Origin: an uncultured archaeon
GTDB taxonomy: Archaea > Iainarchaeota > Iainarchaeia > Iainarchaeales > 0-14-0-20-30-16
Assembly: GCA_964565125.1 (NCBI GenBank)
Contig: CAZMCX010000056.1
Coordinates: 1 to 5,279 of the forward strand
Direction: 5' to 3'
DNA: 5,279 nucleotides
Part shown: positions 1-4,210 of the stretch, piece by piece
Layout: every line of letters starts with the position of its first letter
How positions within the stretch are numbered: position 1 is the first letter of the stretch
Position numbers and translations under genes: made by a program
Notes under the pieces: generated by a model
Told to the model about the DNA's origin: nothing
Databases searched by the model: none
What the model saw: the letters and a program-made list of their open reading frames with translations, nothing else

Positions 1-36
1 AGGTTAAAGTAATTTAACCTTTTCCTTTTTCTTTAT
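1..36 (+). terminator. Perfect hairpin followed by a T-rich tract. It is a candidate terminator of an upstream + strand gene, or alternatively a promoter-proximal element of the 40..783 gene.
   Basis: Positions 1-8 (AGGTTAAA) pair perfectly with 13-20 (TTTAACCT) around the 4-nt loop gtaa. The hairpin is followed by tttcctttttcttt (21-34). The element sits at the window edge, so the stem could be longer. The A/T core at 11-17 also lies about 26 nt upstream of the ATG at 40, where an archaeal TATA box for a leaderless mRNA would sit. Confidence 0.3.
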
Positions 37-39
37 TAT

Positions 40-783
40 ATGGCTCATTTTAATACACACTTAAAGTTTGTAGACTCTTTAAATTCAAATCTTGATAAAA
101 AATACCTGCTTTCGGGATCTGTATTTCCTGATATTGGACTATATGTTAATTTTTCAAAAAAAACCAAAGAAAGAGACTTTACTCATTTTTTACATTTTCC
201 AGAACCAAGAAGTGAAAATGGCATAAAGTTTGGGAAAGCCCTTATGGAAAAAGCAAAAACAAAGGAGGAATTGTCTTTTGCGGTGGGAGTTTATAGCCAT
301 TTCTTTTTGGATCAAACTGTACATGCTTATATTATGAAAAATAATTTGCCTATGGCTAAACATATAATGCTTGAGTTTTTTAGGGCACATAATGATTTTT
401 CAAAAAGAGTTAAAAAATTGTATTTGCCAAAGGAGTTTTGTGCATCTGTGTTTGAAGAAACATTCCCTTTAGATAAAGACTATGCTTTGCAGATTAGAGA
501 AGTTGGTTGGTTGAAGTTGTTTAGGTTTAGGTTTATTAACGATTATCTTTTGCGATATTTAATAAAAACAAACTATGGAGAAAAACAGAAAAAATTAAGA
601 CTAATAAGATTTATTTTTTCTTTTTTTCAACTAAAATATAAGAAAACGCGTAGAGTAAATCTGTATTCTTATCTTTATCCTCCATGGATTCTTAAAAAAG
701 TACATTTAAGTAATTTGGATAGAATTATTGTAAAAACAAAAACCGACTTTATAAAAAATCTGGCAGTTAATTGGAATTTGTGA
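40..783 (+). CDS. Putative metal-dependent hydrolase, zinc-dependent phospholipase C-like family (PF00882-like)
   Basis: This is a complete 247-aa ORF. It has an N-terminal MAHFNTH (His3/His7), then LLSGSVFPDIG, a THFLH cluster, and VGVYSHFFLDQTVHAYI (H-x3-D-x3-H). This layout matches the metal-ligand pattern I remember for uncharacterised prokaryotic members of the zinc PLC / P1-nuclease-like fold. There is no SD sequence. The assignment is by eye only. Confidence 0.45.
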   Translation: MAHFNTHLKFVDSLNSNLDKKYLLSGSVFPDIGLYVNFSKKTKERDFTHFLHFPEPRSENGIKFGKALMEKAKTKEELSFAVGVYSHFFLDQTVHAYIMKNNLPMAKHIMLEFFRAHNDFSKRVKKLYLPKEFCASVFEETFPLDKDYALQIREVGWLKLFRFRFINDYLLRYLIKTNYGEKQKKLRLIRFIFSFFQLKYKKTRRVNLYSYLYPPWILKKVHLSNLDRIIVKTKTDFIKNLAVNWNL

Positions 784-787
784 ATAG

Positions 788-1771
788 TTATAAGGTATTG
801 GTATTAATCTCGTTTGCAACTTTTGACTTTATGCCTAACTCTTTCTCAATGCTTTTGGCCAGGTTCTCGCTGTGGCCATGGTAAGTATAAACCATCTTTG
901 GTTTGCTTGCATCTATGAAGCTTAATAACCCTTTGTAATCAGAATGTGATGATAGGTTTACACAGTTTTTTAAATTATGCCCAGTTACATGCAGGTAATC
1001 TGCTTTTTTTCCAGAAATAAAGGAGATATAGTTAATCATTTCCTGATTATATTTTGAGGGAGGCAAAACAACACAATTTGCATCCCTTACTTCTTCTAGT
1101 GGCAACATATTTTTTAATTTTTTTCCATAAAGGTTGTATACCTCGTTAGAGTCTATTGTTTCAGATGGTAGAGCAATATACCCAGAATTGTTTTTATTTA
1201 ATTCTTTTACTATTTCTTGAGTTTTTCCTAGTCTGTGAGTTATTATTACTGGCATGTTGTTATTGTGAATAGCTTGTTTTACCCAGTTATTTATTTGTGA
1301 GTATCCATCTTGCCTTTTGGGAAATTGATATTTTTCTAGACCATATGTACTTTCAATTATCATAAAATCTAGATCCTCTATTGGCTTTATGGGCTTTGAA
1401 ATATTTGTTTCTGTAGTGTTTATGTCCCCTGTGATAGCAAACCTTATTTTATTATTTTCAATCAGGATAGCAGAGCTTCCGAGAATGTGTCCCGAGTTAA
1501 GTAAAGTTATTGTATTGCCATTTAGCTTTATTGGTTTATTGTATTCTGAAGGAATGAAGTTTGCATCAAATTCTAAACCCTGTTTTAATAATTCTATTGT
1601 TGCTGGGTGTGCAATAAAAGCGTTATATCTGCCATTTTTTGATATTTTTATGTGATCTGAATGGGCGTGTGTGATTATATTTAATTCAGAGTAATTCTTT
1701 TGAGAAATCGGGTCTATTGTAAAAGGGACCTCCCCAGAGTATTTTACTGTTGTATTACTTATGTTTAGCAT
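788..1771 (-). CDS. Minimal beta-CASP family metallo-beta-lactamase-fold nuclease (COG1236-like; resembles the short ligase-associated exonuclease type)
   Basis: This is a 327-aa ORF carrying the ordered MBL and beta-CASP motifs. They are ITHAHSDH (HxHxDH, nt 1652..1669), SGHILGS, ITGD, IIESTYG, ITHRLGKTQE, LSSHSDY (the SGHAD-like motif C) and a terminal YHGH. Only 34 residues precede HxHxDH, with FTIDP-x12-IITHAHSDH. An SD-like GGGAT (1776..1780 on the - strand) lies 4 nt upstream of the ATG. Confidence 0.8.
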   Translation of the reverse strand: MLNISNTTVKYSGEVPFTIDPISQKNYSELNIITHAHSDHIKISKNGRYNAFIAHPATIELLKQGLEFDANFIPSEYNKPIKLNGNTITLLNSGHILGSSAILIENNKIRFAITGDINTTETNISKPIKPIEDLDFMIIESTYGLEKYQFPKRQDGYSQINNWVKQAIHNNNMPVIITHRLGKTQEIVKELNKNNSGYIALPSETIDSNEVYNLYGKKLKNMLPLEEVRDANCVVLPPSKYNQEMINYISFISGKKADYLHVTGHNLKNCVNLSSHSDYKGLLSFIDASKPKMVYTYHGHSENLAKSIEKELGIKSKVANEINTNTL

Positions 1772-1777
1772 TTAGAT

Positions 1778-1803
1778 CCCTATTTGTGATTGTAAAAATA
1801 GGG
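1778..1803 (-). promoter_or_regulatory. GC-anchored inverted repeat CCCTATTT-N10-AAATAGGG just upstream of the beta-CASP nuclease start. It is a candidate operator or an SD-occluding 5' stem-loop.
   Basis: Positions 1778-1785 are the perfect reverse complement of 1796-1803. The repeat lies between a TATA-like TTTATAAT (- strand, 1812..1819) and the ATG at 1771. On the mRNA sense strand, the arm closest to the ATG (1778-1785, read as AAAUAGGG) overlaps the SD-like GGGAT. Confidence 0.35.
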
Positions 1804-1849
1804 CTTTCTAGATTATAAACATTATTGATTAGTGAGTTTAAAGAAATAG

Positions 1850-1857
1850 AAAAAAAA
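1850..1857 (-). terminator. Oligo-T (T8) tract about 12 nt downstream of the stop of the 1870..2355 gene; archaeal-type terminator candidate
   Basis: The - strand reads ttcTTTTTTTTctatttcttt directly after the TAA at 1870..1872. Oligo-T tracts are the known archaeal termination signal. Confidence 0.45.
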
Positions 1858-1869
1858 GAATTATATTTG

Positions 1870-2355
1870 TTATTTATTTGGTGTAAGAGTCAAATAACAA
1901 ATAGTATCTTTGCTTCCAGTTATGGCATAGTTAGAATCAAAGATATTAAAATATGGCATAGGAATTTCACCATCACCGGTACATAGAGCATATAATGTTA
2001 CTTTGTAGTTTTTTGTACCGGTATACTTTATCTGGTTAAAAGAAATAATAAAATCGCTCATTTGCACTTTTGAAGGGATGAACTGAATCTGGTTTGGCTC
2101 AAGGCCCATATGCGTAATATCTTCTGGTATTATTGAATTATGGTTCTGTTTGAAGATAACAATAATGTTACGAATTGTATAAAAATTAGCATAAGCTTGT
2201 TTTACTATGTTTGCTGCTCCAGTTTCTGGATTTGCAAAATATTGGTCTTCTCCGAAGGTGCCTGTGAGGTTAATGGCTATAAATAATATTAGTGCAACAA
2301 TAAGAACAATAACTGCTATGCCTAAGATTTTTAAAACTTTTTTTCTAGTAGCCAT
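1870..2355 (-). CDS. Hypothetical N-terminally membrane-anchored (or secreted) protein of unknown family
   Basis: This is a 161-aa ORF. It begins MATRKK, followed by about 22 hydrophobic residues (VLKILGIAVIVLIVALILFIAINL). The remainder is a polar, beta-rich-looking domain with two Cys (CTGDG and ICYL). An SD-like GGGGA lies 8 nt upstream of the ATG (tcccc at 2364..2368 on +). I recognise no family. Confidence 0.6.
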   Translation of the reverse strand: MATRKKVLKILGIAVIVLIVALILFIAINLTGTFGEDQYFANPETGAANIVKQAYANFYTIRNIIVIFKQNHNSIIPEDITHMGLEPNQIQFIPSKVQMSDFIISFNQIKYTGTKNYKVTLYALCTGDGEIPMPYFNIFDSNYAITGSKDTICYLTLTPNK

Positions 2356-2417
2356 GATTATAATCCCCTGTGAATGATTTTTTATATAACTATGCTTTAC
2401 TTATTTAAATAGATATG

Positions 2418-2903
2418 TTATCTTGTTTGTGATTCTAAATAAACTAAAAGACTATCTAATCTCTGAATACATAATTGTTCAGATCTTGGTTTTTTATGCT
2501 TATTTTTAAGAAGTTCTAATAATGCGCGGACATTCCCTAAATCTTTTTGTATTGGTAATCCACGCCTATATTTATAAATTATCATTTTATGTACTTTACT
2601 TAACAGATTTGCTCTTATTAATGGTTCTTTAGTTAATAAAATTAAATCAAAGATCCTATCAAGATCTAAGTCGGGTTCTAACTTTATTTTTTCTCCAATA
2701 TTAAAACCCCTTTTTCTTATTGTAGATTCTAATTCTCTTCGGTCTATTCCTTTGACCATAGAGATTCTATCCAAAATGGCGGGATCTACTGGAATAGCTG
2801 GGTTTTTTGTGGCTCTGCAAATTGCTCTGGAAATTGTTCTATGATATTGTCTTCTTGCAGTAGGCCCCCAATTTCTTTTTACTGCGTGATGTTTCTTGGG
2901 CAT
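2418..2903 (-). CDS. Highly basic 161-aa protein, tentatively a divergent ribosomal protein eL13 (L13e)-like
   Basis: This is a complete ORF immediately downstream of rps8e. The N-terminus is Lys/Arg/His-rich (MPKKHHAVKRNWGPTARRQYHRTISRAICRA). Three collinear anchors resemble eukaryotic/archaeal L13e as I remember it. They are H..K..W..P.AR+ followed by a basic run, KRGFNIGE about 49 residues later (compare GRGFSLEE), and RANLL about 31 residues after that (compare QANVQ). The spacings are similar to human eL13. This is a by-eye, low-identity comparison. A TATA-like box about 25 nt upstream and the lack of an SD suggest a leaderless mRNA. Confidence 0.4.
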   Translation of the reverse strand: MPKKHHAVKRNWGPTARRQYHRTISRAICRATKNPAIPVDPAILDRISMVKGIDRRELESTIRKRGFNIGEKIKLEPDLDLDRIFDLILLTKEPLIRANLLSKVHKMIIYKYRRGLPIQKDLGNVRALLELLKNKHKKPRSEQLCIQRLDSLLVYLESQTR

Positions 2904-2923
2904 ATAATAAGAAGAAGATCTTG

Positions 2924-2932
2924 AAATATAAA
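2924..2932 (-). promoter_or_regulatory. TATA-box-like element (- strand TTTATATTT) for the 2418..2903 gene; predicted leaderless transcript
   Basis: The element is centred about 25 nt upstream of the ATG at 2903. There is no SD-like sequence in between. This matches archaeal TATA placement around -26 relative to the TSS. Confidence 0.4.
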
Positions 2933-2939
2933 CCTAACT

Positions 2940-2946
2940 AAAAAAA
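2940..2946 (-). terminator. Oligo-T (T7) tract downstream of rps8e; archaeal-type terminator candidate
   Basis: After the TAG stop (2970..2972), the - strand reads tttttacatttctctttattctaTTTTTTTag. There is a T5 run directly after the stop and a T7 run at 2940..2946. Confidence 0.4.
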
Positions 2947-2969
2947 TAGAATAAAGAGAAATGTAAAAA

Positions 2970-3365
2970 CTACATTTCAATTGCATTTACAATTCCTGTT
3001 TGACCGGGTCTTGAAGTAATCTTTGCCATCATTGTTTTGTCTCCAATTTTTACTTCTACTTCTGCACCTTTAGTTAGGATATTTCTTCTTACAAACTCTT
3101 TGTGTGCCTTATTTACTTTTTCAGTAATCATCTGGCCTTTTACGATTTTTCCGGTCTTTAGTTTAACATTCACAAATTTTAACTTTAATGGGACTGTTTT
3201 TTTAACCCCGCCTTTTATTCTCAAAACCTTTCTTTTTTCTTCTGTTTGAGTTATTATTGGGTTAGATGCGTTATTTCTTAGTTCTGATAACTTCTTTTTC
3301 TTTCGTCTTATTGTGTGGTTTATTCCGCCTGTTGGCTTTCTTCTTGATTTCTCATTAGATAACAT
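2970..3365 (-). CDS. rps8e: 30S ribosomal protein S8e (eS8)
   Basis: The sequence has the KSRRKPTGG motif near the N-terminus, then RKKKK, RIKGG, FVRRNILTKGA, and the C-terminal ITSRPGQTGIVNAIEM. It is collinear with archaeal S8e (compare M. jannaschii ...RKPTGG...RRNIITKGA...TSRPGQDGVINAVL). The ORF track starts at the GTG at 3374. I prefer the ATG at 3363..3365 because GGTGA (tcacc at 3371..3375 on +) sits 5 nt upstream of it and the N-terminal length then matches S8e orthologues. Confidence 0.93.
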   Translation of the reverse strand: MLSNEKSRRKPTGGINHTIRRKKKKLSELRNNASNPIITQTEEKRKVLRIKGGVKKTVPLKLKFVNVKLKTGKIVKGQMITEKVNKAHKEFVRRNILTKGAEVEVKIGDKTMMAKITSRPGQTGIVNAIEM

Positions 3366-3374
3366 TAAATTCAC

Positions 3375-3491
3375 CTTTACCTATATATATAATATACTAT
3401 TTATATGATTAGTATATATTTTTAAACTAAATGTTTTTAATCTTTAGTGTTTTAATTATATTGATTTAGTATTCTTTGTGGGGGTGGGATT
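3375..3491. promoter_or_regulatory. Divergent intergenic promoter region between rps8e (-) and hsp20 (+)
   Basis: This is 117 nt of almost pure A/T with several TATA-like boxes on both strands. Examples are tttatatg at 3400..3407, which reads catataaa toward rps8e, and aattatat at 3453..3460 and tatatattttta at 3413..3424 toward hsp20. It ends with a G-rich SD, gtGGGGTGGGatt (3481..3488), 3-5 nt before the GTG start of hsp20. Confidence 0.5.
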
Positions 3492-3923
3492 GTGAAGGAC
3501 GATTTTTATGATTTTGATCCATTTAAATTGTTTAAAAAATTCGAAAAAATGTTTTCTGATATGGAAACCGCGGATAGAAAAATAAAATCAACAATAAGGG
3601 AGCCACTAGTTGATGTTTCTGAAACAGAGACTGAAATCAAGATTTTGGTTGAGCTTCCTGGAGTAGATAAAAAAGATATTGACTTGGAAGTAAAAGGCAA
3701 TTTTTTAATAATTAAAGCAGGAATTTCAAGGCAAAACAAAAAAGAACAGAAGGATTACTTGTGTCAGGAGAGGACTTACCAACAATATTATAGGATGGTG
3801 CCCTTAACTAAAGATGTAGATTCTAAAAAAATAGATGCAAAATATAATAATGGAATTCTTGAAATTATTTTAACAAAAAAAACAGAATCAAAAAAAGTAG
3901 TAAATAAAATAAAGGTTAAATAG
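3492..3923 (+). CDS. hsp20: Small heat-shock protein, Hsp20/alpha-crystallin family
   Basis: This is a 143-aa ORF with a clear alpha-crystallin domain: PLVDVSETETEIKILVELPGVDKKDIDLEVKGNFLIIKAG...ERTYQQYYRMVPLTKDVDSKKIDAKYNNGILEIILTKK. It uses a GTG start preceded by a GGGGTGGG SD. There is no in-frame ATG until much further inside the ORF. Confidence 0.93.
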   Translation: MKDDFYDFDPFKLFKKFEKMFSDMETADRKIKSTIREPLVDVSETETEIKILVELPGVDKKDIDLEVKGNFLIIKAGISRQNKKEQKDYLCQERTYQQYYRMVPLTKDVDSKKIDAKYNNGILEIILTKKTESKKVVNKIKVK

Positions 3924-3933
3924 GAGGGTTTTC

Positions 3934-4209
3934 ATGGCTTTGTTAACAAAAATTGGTGTCTTTAGTCTTGCTAAGACATTGTCACTATACAATATCTTGT
4001 TTGGTGTTATTGTGGCAATTATTACTTTGATACTAAAGATATTTTCAGTAGGTACTTTGGCAAGTTATACATGGAGTGCAGCAGTAATATATGAAGTAGT
4101 ATTCATAATTGCCATGCCAATAATTGGGTTCATAATGGGAGCAATACTTGCTTTGATCATAAATTGGGCTTTAAAAGTTGGTGGCGGATTAGAAATAAGT
4201 CTAGAATAA
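3934..4209 (+). CDS. Small hypothetical integral membrane protein (91 aa, 2-3 predicted TM helices)
   Basis: A strong AGGAGG SD (3922..3927) sits 6 nt before the ATG, overlapping the hsp20 stop. Hydrophobic stretches include LYNILFGVIVAIITLILKIF and AAVIYEVVFIIAMPIIGFIMGAILALIINWAL. The C-terminal tail is KVGGGLEISLE. I recognise no family. Confidence 0.65.
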   Translation: MALLTKIGVFSLAKTLSLYNILFGVIVAIITLILKIFSVGTLASYTWSAAVIYEVVFIIAMPIIGFIMGAILALIINWALKVGGGLEISLE

Positions 4210-4210
4210 T

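Noticed and set aside
190-390. 66-aa ORF on the - strand inside the 40..783 gene
   Set aside because: It lies fully antisense to a longer ORF that has recognisable hydrolase motifs. Its composition is Phe/Lys/Ile-rich, which is typical of AT-rich antisense frames. It has no SD or promoter.
519-536. Tandem hexamer GTTTAG GTTTAG GTTTAT within a GT-rich stretch (501..536), superficially telomere- or microsatellite-like
   Set aside because: It has only about three units, lies in-frame inside a CDS (encoding FRFRF), and is not repeated elsewhere in the window. It is a minor slippage-type low-complexity tract.
1389-1655. 88-aa + strand ORF inside the beta-CASP nuclease gene
   Set aside because: It is antisense to a gene with a full, ordered set of MBL and beta-CASP motifs. 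Its hydrophobic low-complexity translation is the expected shadow of an AT-rich coding strand.
2402-2411. 10-bp palindrome TATTTAAATA between the two 161-aa genes, and the 8-bp AAGATCTT palindrome at 2915..2922
   Set aside because: These are short, pure-A/T or restriction-site-like palindromes, expected by chance at this base composition. Neither has flanking conservation or a second copy in the window.
1870-2903. Two adjacent unknown genes are both exactly 486 nt / 161 aa, suggesting a tandem duplication
   Set aside because: The two protein sequences show no detectable similarity. One is a basic soluble protein and the other is membrane-anchored and beta-rich. The equal length is a coincidence.
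3037-3249. 70-aa + strand ORF inside rps8e
   Set aside because: It is antisense to a confidently identified ribosomal protein gene, so it is a shadow ORF.
3506-3739. 77-aa - strand ORF inside hsp20
   Set aside because: It is antisense to a confidently identified alpha-crystallin gene, so it is a shadow ORF.
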